A DNA stretch of 64,000 bases, taken from the NCBI GenBank assembly GCA_051294905.1, contig CM119371.1:26848001-26912000 (forward strand). The letters run 5' to 3'. Every line of letters starts with the position of its first letter. Positions within the stretch are counted from its first letter, which is position 1. Below, in pieces: positions 26,950 through 41,400 of the stretch. The DNA is from Botryllus schlosseri (taxonomy: Eukaryota). Both the position numbers and the translations under genes were made by a program. Under the pieces are notes generated by a model. The model worked only from the letters and a program-made list of their open reading frames with translations, had not been told where the DNA came from and did no database searches.

Positions 26950-28189
26950 AAAGTATTTCTTTCCTAAATTTAAAAATCATAAAGCAGAAAAAGGCTATTT
27001 CATTTTTCAAATGCAACAGATTGTAAGGCAAGACAAGGTCTACATGTTTTGAGGGATGGTGTAATCCCCTACCCGCTGTTCCTGAGAGAGCCGAGTCATG
27101 CCTTGCATCAAAGTAGGGGTGTTGATTTTCACATCGAATGGTGCAAACAAACCTTGCAGTAGGTATCCTTTATCAGCCATGATACTGTCGCCCTTTTCAA
27201 ACATTGCTCTGGCTTCGGCCAGCAAATCAGATTGCTCAATAATGCTGCGGTCACTAACGGATCCACCATAGCAGTCACTTATGAAGGAGACAGCACCCGT
27301 GGGTGCATTACCAATTAATACTTCCATGGTATTTCCATTCTTTCAAGTGGAGAATGGAACGGACTGTGCAGTGTGCATGAATATCAGATGGCTTCTCAAT
27401 TGGGATTTCTGTTGAGTCAATAATTATCTCGTTGATGGATATAGTTTTTTAAATCATCTGGCATGGGATCCAATATTACTTGTTTTGAAGGCGAAATTAG
27501 TAATTTTGATAATAAACAGTACATATGCTTGATCCAAGCAAGCATTAATGATGCGGGAAGCTGTTGATTCTGAAACAATACCAAGCAGTTGATGATCAAG
27601 AGCTTGATTAGTGTCAGAAAAACTTGCTCTTCATTTGAACACAACGTACAGGTGTTCTCCAATAGATGAACATCGTACATTGCAATGTCCTTTAAAAGCA
27701 GAAACTGGTTGATGTCATCAAATCCAGTAAAGTACCATGCACTGCTTTCTAATCATCCTTGATATTTTCTAAACTGAAAGCTGGCATTGAAGCACCTAGT
27801 TGGCACTGAATGCCCATATTTTCTGTTTGAAATTTCTGGTCACTATGTGTTCCAGAATGAATTATTTCAGTAGGTTCTGGTGTAAATGGGTTCAAATTGT
27901 TTGTCTTCCTGACAATTTTTAGTGGCGTTCTTTTATCATGCTGAAAGACTGATGGGACTGCCTCCTGTCTATCAAGTTTCATGTTCGGCTCATATAATCA
28001 CTTGGAAAAAAATTACCATAGCAAGCAATGTCTCTGCCCTCTGCCCAATGTCTCTGTCCAAAGCTGTTTCGTTTTGGAGTTTGATCTCCTAATTGCTACT
28101 CTCCATTTCATCAGCTTCCCTGGTAACGCAGGAATCAAATGACCACCAATCCAACTCGTGCAACCAGGTACACAGCAATATCGTGGCAT
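26950..28189 (-). pseudogene. THAP plus DDE_Tnp_4 transposase relic
   Basis: MPRYCCVPGC...AVPSVF (THAP); LIGNAPTGAVSFISDCYGGSVSD...GDSIMADKGY (Harbinger-type DDE); frameshifts. Confidence 0.85.
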
Positions 28190-28705
28190 TTTATAATGTA
28201 GATAGATGATAATACAGCCTATTAAAATGAAATATACATGTCACTCAGCTAATATTAAAACGCCACTCTATGGAAATGAAATACCGGTACACGAAGTAAC
28301 CTGGCAATTCATAAATTGCACTGAACTCAATCATCAGTCGTAAATATGTTTAAACGCCGTACACACAAAAGAATAATCCTGTTACCCGAATCCAACAGGC
28401 AGTGGCGGACCTGGTGTCTAGGAAATAAAGCTGTAAGTTTTGTTTGTTTACTACGGACTATAGGACGAGGTGTTGGCGCCCAAAGTGGTTTGTGAATGTC
28501 TCCCATTACTCATCCTATAGGTAGCTCAGATTCATTGTTGGTATGTCATTGCCAAACCGATGACCTCGAATTATTTACGTTATCGTTTCGATATGTCGTC
28601 ATTGGCTGGATCAGTTCCTGAAAACAAGACACCAGAGAGTACAAATCGCGCCGAGGCGGAAAAATGTTCAAATTGATCAGACAGCGGCCCCCGAATGGCC
28701 TATAT

Positions 28706-29553
28706 CAGGGGTCGCCAACTCAAAATGGGTCGCGGGCCACTTTTCAAAATTTTTTGAGGTCGCGGGCCGCATGACTTTTATGTCGAGATATAACTCGGCA
28801 AGGCAGTATCACAGCTATAGGTTTTTATAACTCTACGCCAATACAACACTGTTCTCTCCAACATGGGCGACGGACATGTTAGCTACGGCAGCATTCCAGT
28901 GCATAGTCGTAACGGGCTGACTGGGGGCCAGATACTCACATTAAACTGTCCAGTGTCCATGTCCATTGCGGGTGAACTCCAGACTAATCGGTTTCCTCAC
29001 ATTGGCTTACTATGCGCACCGAAATGGTATGAACAACCACAGGACTTCATATCCTAGTCGCGCGAAGCGTGAAAAAATTTTCATATTACTGAGTAAATTT
29101 CGTCATTATTATTAGTATAGTTTCAAATATTACTATCAAATATTTATCCTCTCTTAGCCCATGTCATCAAATTTACCGGAAGAGTTAATGCAGGAAGTTT
29201 CTTGAGAAATTTAGGGAATTTATTAATGCTGTACAGCATCTTTGGGTGGGTCAATTCTTAATAGTCCCCTTTGACTAGAGCACGATTGCAAATTGATATT
29301 TTGTTCATGGGGCGCAACATTTCCTCTGCTGTTCGTATTTTCACTGTGAGGCTCAGATTACAAAGGACACTGATATGTTATTATTTATAATCAACTTGCA
29401 TTGAACCGCGCGTAGCAAGAATAATTTCAACCTCTTATTAATTAGGGAGTCTGCATATCAAAATGCTTTGGTAATCGTTCTTCCGAAATTTCAAATCATG
29501 TCGCGGGCCGCAAAATATGATCTTGCGGGCCGCATGCGGCCTGTATGGCCCTG
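28706..29553. mobile_element. hAT/Charlie-like MITE
   Basis: caggggtcgccaac...ggccctg with GCGGGCCGC subterminal motifs; perfect TSD gcctatat; absent in the other units. Confidence 0.85.
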
Positions 29554-30629
29554 GCCTATATGCTGATTAACCAACATTGTCGAGAGGCTTAGCTACAGCG
29601 GATATACTTTCTCTGATTATAATGCTTGTTCAATGCAACATATTTGGTAGATTTTTCCGACTTGATTCTTGCTTCTGATCATTCCGATAGTTTAGGATGG
29701 GTTTTTGGGCCATCAATGATAAAGAAGCCCCTGCAGAACGGTCCAGTTTGAGGTTTTAGTCATATTCGATTGGATACAAGAACTTCAAGTGGGAAAATGT
29801 GAATATAGTAAAACATTGTCGTTCATTTAACTAGAAATAATAGCGTAGAGATCAAGTTGCTGGGGAGGGTGAATACACAGGCTCACGAATCTTGGTTGTT
29901 TATTCTAATATCGATCATTGAAACGAGCCTTCAAAAATATTTCTATACTTTATCTCGATTATGCAAACTTGAACGGTTGCCTAATTACAATGATGAATAA
30001 AATGGTGTTACCTAGGTCCCACAACTAACAGAAATATACGTTTGGTGTGGTTGTTGTATGGCAGTGGTCGGCAACCTTTATGCGACGCGACCCCAGTTTA
30101 AACGAAAATAAACTCATTCGACACATTTTTCCTTGCGATACGGAGAAGAGCATTCGCAGGATTGCGTTGCGTTGACCCCATAATAGAGCAATCTAATTTC
30201 AGACAAATATTCCAAAATGACCGTTTCTACGAACATATGAAGTCAATTTCAACAACACTAATTGTCACCGTTTAATTTGCATTAGTAATGCCATAGCTGA
30301 GCCTCTTGTTGTACCTCCACCAGTTGCCGAAGCCTCGGCTTGACTTTTCATGCACTCAACGGTGTCCCATTCTCTGCTTGAATTTGACTACAAATGAATG
30401 TGAAATTTATATTTTCTATATACCACGTACGTGGGCCTACATACGTGCATAGGTGGTTAACTAGGCTAATAGATTTGTTATTCAAATAATGGAATAATAA
30501 CCGCCGTGAACCTTTACTTAATTATGAGTAGAAATGACAATTTCCAAGACACGTTCAACCCACTTCAAGTGGAAGTAGAAATGAAATGAAAGAAATGAAA
30601 ACCAAAATATAATATTTAAATTATATACT

Positions 30630-32086
30630 GCCTCAGTATGAGTTGTGCTGAATGTAATTGACTATGAGTATGGGTATGAGTATGAGTTAAACTGAATGTA
30701 ATTAATGACATTTCTTCATGTAATTGTAATTGTAATTGAAGCATTTCTATTTTGTGTAATGGTAATGTGATAAAAAGTTCCTAATTACAATTACAATTTC
30801 AATTACGTTGATATTGAAACTTGACAATCACTACATAAAATATTTATCCTAATTACATAGGTGTTCTATGCGTGCCTCGTTGACTAGATAATTCAGCAAT
30901 TCTATACTAATTCCCATACTTCAGTAGCAACAGAAAACTTAGTGAATTACAATATAGGCTAAATCATTGGTTCCCAAACTGGAGTCCGTGTCCCCCTTCG
31001 GAGGCGTGAAAGCATCTGAAAGCAGACGCGAAGCTCCGGTGAAGTGAAAAAAAATTTCGCGCTTGGCGCGATTTACCGCCATTTCATATTTATTGCTCTG
31101 TGTATCGTCCGAATTTTATATTGAAGAATTCTCTCATCAACAGTCATAACCTTCCATACCATCAAACTATCTGTAAGGATGGCTAATATTCTGGTTTCAT
31201 TGTGTGATATGACGATAAGGGGGGCACGAATAATTTCACTGCCATAAAGGGGGGCGTGTCTAAAAAGTTTGAGAACCAGTGGGCTAAACTAAATCTTAAT
31301 ATTTAAAAAGATGGATAAACAGCAAACAAACCTTTCTGAAGCATGTGCTGAACCATTTCCAACACCACGGTCATGGTTTTTTCAAATCTCTGACCACTAC
31401 TGAGGCTTGCTGCATCAATCGCAAAAGTAAATTCAAGTTTTCAACCAAGGCTTCATCAAACTTTATCTCGCATTTGCAGAGATGTTATCCTAATCTTACC
31501 TTCAATCTGAGCCAAATTTACTGGGTCATAAACTTTCGCCGACTTAAAGTTCATGAAATGCAATCTAATAATTTTTGAGCAAGTGAAAATATAAATGCGA
31601 ACCAAGATTTTATAATTCGTAGTTATCAGGAACTTCTTTCCTTTTGCATTTATTTTTAATTTTACACACCTTATCGGTATCATACTTATCGCTGACGCCT
31701 TACCAATCATTTTTCATTTGCCTTACTCAGCTCTGAGTATTCGTTTGATTGCCTTTTATTGACCGTCTTGCAGCCTATTCGCTGTTAGTCGTTACCAGTC
31801 GCTCAAGCTTTTGTTTGTTAATGGTCGCTTGAAAAACTTTTCTGTGTTTCTATGTTCATGATTAGGAATAGTTCGAATACGATCGAGTGTTTTTTTAACT
31901 GAAGGGTATTCTACGTATCATAAATGACACATGAATAGCTTGAGATTGTTGCTAATTACGTCGCTACGGTTGTCAAAGAGCACTTCTCTACCGAATCAAT
32001 TACGTGTTTGAAAGGAATTGTAAATATAAATGTAATTATAATTATATTTGTAATTGAACTGAATTAATGTAATTGATTCAACTCTG
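30630..32086 (+). mobile_element. Internally deleted hAT element (BED-finger relic joined to the transposase 3' end)
   Basis: (AATTGT)n subterminal repeats; right end ttgattcaactctg as at 62846; ORF 31345 C..KSKFKFSTKASSNFISHLQRCYP; left end approximate. Confidence 0.65.
30964..31281. mobile_element. Short CAGTGGTT-type MITE (also ~51144-51463)
   Basis: cattggttcccaaac...gagaaccagtg flanked by ggctaaat/ggctaaac. Confidence 0.75.
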
Positions 32087-32406
32087 GTCTACACATAGTA
32101 ACGCAGATCGAAGGTTTTTGATGTGTACTATCTTCTTACATCATGACATTAGGAGGATGTGTGTGACGTCCTGTCTCGTAGACACATGCTCCAAATATAT
32201 CCATGACTATTAGACCTGTCCAAAATTAGGAAATTTCAGAAATACATCATTTTAATGTCTCATTCTAGACTCTTGACGAAAAACAACAATGAGTCTAAAA
32301 CAAGCTCACCGAAAAGTTGTTAAGATTTCGGGCCAAGCGTTCAAATGTAGCTGTCGAAGACTGGGCGTACCACCAACCATAGAACGGCGAGAAGACTAGT
32401 CATCAC

Positions 32407-33294
32407 TAGGACGATTTTTTTTACCTAAAAAACGGAAGATTTTGACCTAAAAAATCATAATTTTGAAATTTTTTGACCTAAAAAAAACTGAATTTTGACC
32501 AAATTTTGACCTCACGTATGCAAATTAGGTGTTTTCGCACATAATGTGAAAATTGTACTACATATCTTCATTTTTGGTTGGAACTGTCTGTCCTTACGAA
32601 GTATTTTGCCCTGAAAACACTTTTTGGCTAGAAAACTGACAAATTTTTGCATGATAAAAACTAGTATTTCTACGAAATCTGGCCCTATGAAGAATTCCAG
32701 TAGTTACATCACGAATTATGATAGAAATAGTTAAGATTTGTTGTAGTACAACGAAAGAAACTTTCCTACATTTTCGGGTAGTAAGTGTCTGTCCTTACTA
32801 AGTAGCTTGTCAAGAAGGGAGAAAGAACGTTCAAGAGCAGCACTTGTTGCCTTTTTGGCTGAAAACACTGAAGTTGTGCGTACACTGCTGGTGACACACC
32901 GTGTTGCTTCATTTTGAAAATGCTATCTACATCACAATTTTTCATCATGCGCTTCTTGATATAAGAAGCATGCAATGCCACGCAGTCTTGCTTCAGTTAG
33001 GATATTGAGGCACATTGACCAAACACCACGTCAGCCTATTTGTTTCATTTGAATGTTTATGATTAACAATGAGTAGACAATGGGCCGTCTACAACGGTAG
33101 GCCTATAAAGTAGCCTACTAGCTGTAAAATGTCAAATAATAAGTTCACAGACAGTGCAAAATCTACGATACAAACGAAATGCAGGTTGCAAAAAAGTTTC
33201 AACTTCTTAAACAATTTTGACATTTTTTGACCTAACGCTACAATTTTGACCTAATTTTGACTTTTTTTTGAAATGTCAAAAAAGAATCGCCTTA
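32407..33294. mobile_element. hAT-type MITE with TTTTGACC repeats (paralogue at 51616-52506)
   Basis: taggacgatt...aatcgcctta; TSD gtcatcac; empty site at ~18545. Confidence 0.85.
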
Positions 33295-36200
33295 GTCATC
33301 ACGAAATCATCACGGTTCTTGATTGGCCAATCGGCTATGCTCCAATGATCATGACAGCAACCGCTTGGTGATAAGGTGTTCAAGGAGTCTGCTGGCGGCG
33401 GTGATTCTGAAAGCGCATTGTAGGTTGGTTGTCAAATAACGAGTTAAGCTTAATTCAGGGCATGTTGAGTTGGGAAATACTTGGTGAACAAACAACAGCT
33501 GCCTCACAAAAGCTTCTAAAGCATGACCGCTTTATTGTGAAGAAAACCGCTGTATCCTGCATGCCTTGATTTCATCGAGGGAAAGCAAAGAATGCGTAGG
33601 CGCTTATGCAAGCTGCGAACGGATTCCTCGTTTCAGAAAGAATCCATCATCACTGAATACAAATATAAAGCTTAACAATGACTCTACACTTTGTGTGATC
33701 TTATCGGGCTCAAGTTGTAGTTCATAAATTGAAGTTTTGAATGCTCTAGGTATCGGCAGAATCAGCCGGTCATGCTTGGCACTTATCAGATGCTTACACC
33801 AAATTGAATTCACTGTTGAGTGTTGTCGAAGTACGTAATGATGACGCAGAAAAGTGGTGGAAATGTAAGCACAGACTATGCTGCATATGATATCCATACC
33901 ATGCTGGAAACTATGCTGCATGGACTTTGCTGATAGGCAAATAAATGTATTTTTCAAGAAATGTCTTCCCATCACCCAAATATCCTCCTTATCCTAAGAT
34001 ACCTAAAATGACGAAGAACTACCCAAAATCCGAATGGAAATGACGGAAGACCTGTATTTTGGGAGTAGAGTTGGAGAAATCACTGTTTTTTTTTCAGTAA
34101 AATTCGTTGTATAAATTTCAAAAATCACCACGTCTGCTTTAGTAAATTGGTAAAGTGTATTTCTTTACTGATCTCTAAATATGGTGACCCTGTGTTGGGA
34201 GATATTAAAACAAACGCCCAGATATGGCGTGTCCTGTCCAAACTTGTGGAATCTGTGCGCGGTCAGTGAATATGAGTTTATTTGCATATACTGGAGAGTA
34301 TATATATTAGAGTTACCATACTTTCCTATCCGCAAAGTCAATCGTAACGCACGACGCCTAAAATCTAAGCCCTGGATCAGTCGAGAAATTCTGGCAGCCA
34401 TCAAAACAAGAGATTGGATGCTTAAAAGATAATATATTAACGGAACTGAAGATGAGAAAAAGATCTTCAAACGATATGCCAACAAGGTAACAAAAATGAA
34501 AGAAAAGGCCAAAAGAGCATTCTACATGAACCGGTTTGAGCAGAGTTTCAAGGATCAAAAGCAAACCTGGAGAACCATTCGTGAAATTGTGAACGCTTCC
34601 AATAACAAAAACGAAACACAATTGCAGAACATTGAAATAGCATGTGGCAATACGGTCATCAAAGATCCTGATGTTGTAGCAGAAAAGTTCAACCATCACT
34701 TTTGCCAGATTGGTCCAGAGCTAGCATCTTCTATACCTCAAAGCCCGCATGATATCCTATCATTCATGAAGCCTCGCTCCATGAACTCCATCTTTATGGA
34801 GCCGACCGACGTAGGAGAGGTAGCATTATCTGGAATGAAGGACACAAAAGCAGTAGGACCTGACTCAATACCAATCTACTTCATAAAACTAGTATTTAAT
34901 ATTATAGGAGATACAATTTGTACGTTGTTCAATGGCTCCATGAACTTGGGTACTTTTCCTAGTGCTCTAAAAACTGCCAGGGTTATTCCAGGGTTGTAAC
35001 CAAGTCACATGGTTCCGAGTCACGAGTCAATCATACTTTTGTGGTTTGACTCGAGTCGAGTCGAGTCATTTTCAATTCATCACAGACTCGAGTCCGAGTC
35101 CAAGTCACCGTTTAAAGCAGGGGTGGGCAAACTTTTGAGCTCGCGGGCCGCATTCAACATCTGAATCCATTCGCGGGCCGCACTTATAAAATTGGGATTA
35201 TAAACCAAAACGCAGTATTGCTGGTATTTGATTATGTAATGAGGACATGGAGATAATATATATGCTTATTTAAAACAAACCAAACATTGCTATGATGATA
35301 TCGTACACGTGCCAGAAACAATGGTGAGATTTAATAGGCTGGTCGACCTCAATAACCAATCTGTCAAAACTATAGAGATGAAAGTCTGTTGTCCCGATTT
35401 TTCAAACAGGTTGAAATTTAAATCTGTCAGCAGTGATCTGGTCATAGATTTACTGATTCCACTTTTGGTTCAGTTCCAGGACACACAATGCTGACAGCAT
35501 CATAACCATGTTAGCTTCAAACACGCTTCTACCATATGTGTAGATAAAATATAAATACCCTAATTCTACGCATACAGAGAACGAATCTATTTAAGACACG
35601 CGCAAATCGTTTTTTATAAGCACACCACTAAAATAATTGAAACTGGAGTGGCCAATCTGAAATCACACTCGTGATCCGAATAACGTCTATCTCGTTTAGG
35701 ATTTCTGTGATGTTTAGCAGTTGAAACCTTTCAAACTGCGTGGGCCTTGAGATCGGGCTGTCGCGCCAGAAATTAAACAAGAAATATAACATAGGAAGTC
35801 TTTACCTTAGAAAAGCGGTTCTCGAACTTTTTAAGACATGCGCCCCTCCTTATGATGGCGAAAGATTTCGCGACCTCTTATCGTCATATCACCAAATGCC
35901 ATGAGGATGCTATAGCAAATCTAATGTATAGTTTGGCGGCATGGGAGGTTACGACTATTGATGAGAGATTTTTAAATATGAAATTCATACTAAACACAGA
36001 GCAATAATTATGAATCGGAAGCAATTCGCGCGGAGCGCGAAAAAATTTTTCGGTTGAGCTCAGCTTCGCGATCCCCTTCAAATGCTTTCACGACCCCAAT
36101 GGGCACGCGTCCCACAGGTTGAGAATAGGGTTGGATTATCCGGATAACGGTTAACCGGTTAACCGCAGGCTTTTTTATTATCCGATATCCGGATATAAAT

Positions 36201-37171
36201 CTACCGGTTAACCGGATAAAAAAGTATCGGTAATAATGTGTTTTAAACTTTTAGGAAGCTTCAATAAGTGGTATTATCAGTGTTTCGCGCGGCCAATTAG
36301 CGAGAAGCGTGTCGCCAATTAGCTGGATACGTCAATGCACTGTGTAACGCGACGCAATCTCCCGCTGAGAAGATCGCCAAATTAGGTCATTGATTGCAGC
36401 GAACTCGGCAATCGTTGCTGGCCTGATTTTTCGAGTCTTCGACAAGCCTATAGTTCCGCTGGCAGAATCACATCTGCAATAGGCTCTGTGGATATTATGC
36501 CATCACTGGCCTACATAATCGCATCTGCATTGGCTTGGTGCTCACGATATTATCGCTGGCCTGCACAATCGCACCTGCAATAGGCATGGTACGAACGATA
36601 TCATCGCTGGCGTAACCATAGTCTCGGGCCTGGCATGCGTTGGCTCCTATCTCTTGGTGGCTTGAAGACAATATGCCGCTGAGATTATTATGATCAGCGA
36701 TTGTGATTAATGAGTGACTTTGCGAAACCGAATGACATCGAATGTTCGCATTCTGGAAACATCTTCGTTCGTGCGTGCAAGCGTAATTGATTTCCGCTGA
36801 TATTAAATTCGAAATAAAATCGAAACCACCTCGTTTTATTTAAAAGACCCCCATTATTTTTCGGCTGGCTACGGGCCTGATCATGTGAATTTCTCATTGA
36901 GGAATTAGAGCGAGCTATCATGTCGGCCCCAATTCCGGTATCAGCTATACTCGTCCTTCCAGTACTGGACACCTAAACAGAAGAATGGGCAAAAAGGAAG
37001 CGCTGCTTACTATATTCAGCCTTGCTTACTATAATTCAGCCCATTTTGTGGAAGCATAAAGAGCATTTAATACGTGTGGACTATTTGTTACAAAACTCCG
37101 GTCCCAGCTACAGGATGCCACTACTGATGTGGTGTGCTCTATAAGGAGGGAGCTGCAATTACACTGTGTAA

Positions 37172-38458
37172 TAGGGATGGTGTGAACGTGAGGTTCACGT
37201 TCGTGTTCTGTGTGTGAACCTCGGAAAATTTGAGGTTCGCGTTCACAACAGAACCTTGGTAGGTTCTGCACTGTGAACCTTTTTCATATATTGCAATTTT
37301 CACACTTCACTATGACATCTTCGGTTCAAATTTATTGACTTTCAACTGCGGGCCACTCTATGCTGGCAGCATAAACATTCAACACTAAACGAGCATGCCC
37401 TTGACAATCTCAAAAATTTACTTGTATTGTTACAAAAGTTTGCTCGAAATATCCAGCCTTCCGTTTGTGCACATTTAGGCTAGTGTCTCTGTGCTGTGAG
37501 CTTGACCCGCACTCACATGACATCAAGAGCGAAATATACACTGTTGTTGTTGTTGTTGTTGTTGTTTATTAACTCATATAATTGGCGCTTGCAACTCGTG
37601 GTTATTTGCGCCCACACAGTAAATTTCATAAACGCATAATGTCATGTCTTCATGGACTTCAGTCCTTTTTCGGCTCATTTGCTGCCTCCTTTCACGAGTT
37701 CGGCTCTCTCTTTGTCTGGGCTTTTCAATGCGCTGTATTACAGCGGGATCGGCGATGAGGAGCCCAGATAAACCTCCGACACATAGAAACATGGCAGAGC
37801 CGAGACTCGATCCATCAACCATCGATGTCGTGACTACAGTGTTTAACCAACTGCGCCACTCGCTTCCCCAAATATACACTGTATTTTGTCAGCAAATGAT
37901 CCTTATTCAACCAATCAATGAGATTGATATCGTCTTCTGATGTAAAAATCTAGCAGGCGTACGGGGTCAATCTTGACTACACACGTATACTGTATCATAA
38001 AAACCAAATCCGTGAGACTGGGGTGTTGGCTGTACTGATGTATAACTTGTTAATCGGTGACAAGTATAGAAACCCATTTACACTCTGCTCAATATCCATG
38101 TGGCAATACTCAGACGCCGAATACATTGTCCGATCAGGTCGAAATTGTTGGCAAAGCGACGCAAGATACTGATTTTATGGGATTATTTTATCATTTGATT
38201 GCCCCAGTTGATACATTTGGCGACGTTTCAAACGTCAATATGTACTTAAGTACTGAGCTATTATGTGGCCCTGAGTCGTCGATCGGTATCGTGTACACTA
38301 GATTAATATAGGCAATCACCTGATTGAAACATGGGGTGTAAATTAGCAATATGAAGTCACGTGACGTCATGAGGTTCACGTTCGTGTTCACACAGAACCT
38401 TTCAAAAAGGTTCACGTTCACACGAACCTGAACCTTTCAGAGGTTCACACCATCCCTA
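37172..38458. mobile_element. TAGGGATGGTGTGAAC MITE (nest level 6)
   Basis: 16-bp TIRs; perfect TSD ctgtgtaa. Confidence 0.93.
37545..37869 (-). mobile_element. tRNA-derived SINE family A (nest level 7)
   Basis: Same head as 7693; (CAA)n tail; 13-bp TSD aaatatacactgt. Confidence 0.9.
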
Positions 38459-41400
38459 CTGTGTAATGATTTTGCGATCCATTTTTCATGCAGACCTCGT
38501 GAAATCGATTATCTCACTTAGGATTCACTACCCGGTTAACCGGTTAGCTAAATTCCAAATATACGGATATATCCGTTATCCGGATAGTGAAAATTATTGA
38601 TATCCGAACTAACCCTAGTTGAGAACCAATGCCTTAGAATTATCACGGTGAAATATACTAAAAAAAGTTTAATCAGGTCCCTGAATTAATTCGATTTTTA
38701 GTACGCATATTATCAATATTTTTAATAAGTTTCTTTAGACTCTCGCGGGCCGCACAGAAAGGTGTTGTGGGCCGCATGCGGCCCGCGGGCCGTAGTTTGC
38801 CCACCCCTGGTTTAAAGGGTCAAGTCCGAGTCATGGTGTTATGACTCGAGTCGAGTCCAAGTCACAGTATTGAAGTCATGTTCAACTCATGTTTTCAATC
38901 CTGCTTGGGTGATATCGAATTCCCTGTTTGCGAAACATGCTCATTTTGTCCCTATCAGAGTCTTGGCACGTGTTTATTTCGGCAGATAACGGACAGGTCC
39001 TGGCCTCATTTACCGATGCTAAAGATAACTTTACTAATCTTAGAACTTAAAATCAAATATCTCTCTTGTCAGTCTGATACATCACCAATACAAGCATTCA
39101 GTTTTTATTATGAACACATCGACGATAGCTCACGAATAGCTGATAGAGAACCAACGAATTCACGTCTACATACTATCTGATAGAGAACCAACCAATTCAC
39201 GTCAAGATACTAGTTGATGGAGAATCAATAGATGCATGTTTGTAGAGGTATTTACAACAGACCAGCATGCTGTAAAAGCGTGCATGCAACTATGTGCATT
39301 GTGCAGTGACAACAGAACAGATACCTTTTGATTATACTAAAGGTTTTCCCAAATGCATTACCGACTACATCGCAGTGACAGCATTGGAGAAATAATTGTA
39401 CAATGGGGCTGTTCCAAAACATTTTTTCAAATTTTCTTGCTACTTCTTAAAATTGCTAGATTGCCTAAAAATCAAATTTGGCTCAATTCCAACCAGTAGA
39501 AAGCAATGCTATGAAAGAAAATTTTAGACTAATTACAAATAGAGATTTTCGAATTTTACCGGCTATCTCATGATATTGTTACATTGTGTAAAAATATGAT
39601 TCATAGCAAATTTGACTCAATTCCAACTAGAAAAAGTGAAGTTATTAGAGTAGAATGTTTTGGATATGAAAAAATAGTCGGCTTACTGCTATGTAATTAT
39701 ATTATATGAAAGAATTTCTCACTAAAACACTCCATTTATTTTCAAATCCAGAATATTCTCCTCTCAGATCATTGATTCCACTTTTTTCAAATTAAGCCAG
39801 ATTCAGTGTTCCTTTTATGCAACATAACAATTTTATCATGTAACCACCCAGTAAAATAAAAAAGAAGTTATTTTAGAACAGCCATATTGTACAAACATCA
39901 CACAACATTAGCCATTCATTATTACTCACGTGCACAATGCACATACTTAACAAAACGTCAAATGGACGAAGGGCATTGTGTGTTTTCACATACAGCAGAT
40001 CAAATCAATGAGTTACACCTCAAAAATACTAATGTGGAAAGGAGATCCTCAAATATGTTAAAGCGGCATGGCCGTAGAAGGAATCCACATCTACTGAATA
40101 CACGTTACACTAGTGCACTAGATGCAGGAATTGACAAGCATTTTTGAACCACACTGAAGAGCATTGAATACTCATTCTTTCTAGTCGCCCAAAAATGCAA
40201 AGAATCATCGATTTCAAATCTACACATGAGTTTATCAGTCTCTTCACCATCTGAGTCATTTCATTGGCTCTAATTGAACTTTGATTCAATTGTTTGCTTG
40301 TATAATAGAAAAGTCTTGAGTACTTTAATTGCGGAGGATCTATTACCTCTTCATCACTGGACGATTTTGTACAATGCATTGCTACTATGTATCATTTTCT
40401 GTTGTTTTTACGGCGGCATATCTGATATATGAGACAAGTGCAACGAAAGCAGTGGTGACAAATAGCGATGTCGGCAGAATTCGTCGGATGCGTTGATCTA
40501 GCCATTATGATTCGCAAATTTCTTCATCTTCAAGTCATATAAAATAAGCCGAGTCAGTGACTTGGGTCGAGTCATGCGTACTGACTCGAGTACAAGTCGA
40601 GTCAATCCAAATATTGTCTCGAGTCGAGTCGAGTCATTTTCCCATTTCAAGAAAATGACTCGAGTCAAGTCGAGTCATAAAAAAATCGTGACTCGAGTCT
40701 GACTCGAGTCGAGTCATGACTCGAGTCATTACAACCCTGGGTTATTCCAGTTCATAAAAAAGGCTGCAAAAACTCAATGTCTAATTACCGTCCTATATCT
40801 ATTCTGTCAAACCTTTCCACTCTATATGAGAAATTGCTAGATTATAGGCTCAAGAAATTTTTTGAATTGCAATCGGTATTCACCCCATCCCAATTTGGCT
40901 TTATATCGGGTCATAACAATAACCATGCCACCCTATCAATTGTGACAAATTACTACAAAATTATTAAAGATAAAAGAGTTGGCTGTAGTATCTTTATTGA
41001 TCTTCGGAAAGCCTTTGATACTGTGAACCACGAGATACTGATACGAAAACTAGAGCATTATGGAATTAGAGGGATTGCCAAGTCCCTGCTCACGAACTAC
41101 CTTGCAAACCGTAAGCAGTTTGTGAAATTGGGTCTGTCAAAATCGGTAGAAATGGATGTAGAGTGTGGAGTGCCTCAGGGCTCAGTTTTAGGACCGACCC
41201 TATTTTTGATCTACATCAATGATATTATCAACTGTTCCTCCTTTTATACTCCACTGTTTGCCGATGATACCCATCTTTTTCTTTCATCCGATACTATAAG
41301 CAACCTAGAAAGTTCTGTGCAGAGTGAACTTACAAAAGTCTCTCAATGGCTTGCTGCTAACAAATTAAGTTTAAATACCGATAAAACTGTGATGATGCTC

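Larger units (their letters stand above)
26131..28504. mobile_element. Decayed ISL2EU (PIF/Harbinger-related) DNA transposon
   Basis: TIRs GGGAGACATTCA...TGAATGTCTCCC; 2-bp AT TSD; empty site at ~59512; convergent transposase and YqaJ relics. Confidence 0.9.
36126..38617. mobile_element. TAGGGTT MITE with ATCCGGAT/AACCGGTT subterminal palindromes (nest level 5)
   Basis: Perfect TSD gttgagaa, inside the right TIR of level 4. Confidence 0.9.
35813..38631. mobile_element. CAGTGGTTCTC-type MITE (nest level 4)
   Basis: Degenerate TIRs aagcggttctc/gagaaccaatg; TSD ccttagaa. Confidence 0.8.
35118..38809. mobile_element. Charlie-like MITE (nest level 3)
   Basis: TIR CAGGGGTGGGCAAACT; perfect TSD gtttaaag. 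Confidence 0.93.
34989..40739. mobile_element. GAGTC-repeat hAT element (nest level 2)
   Basis: TIR CAGGGTTGTAA; perfect TSD ggttattc. Confidence 0.93.
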
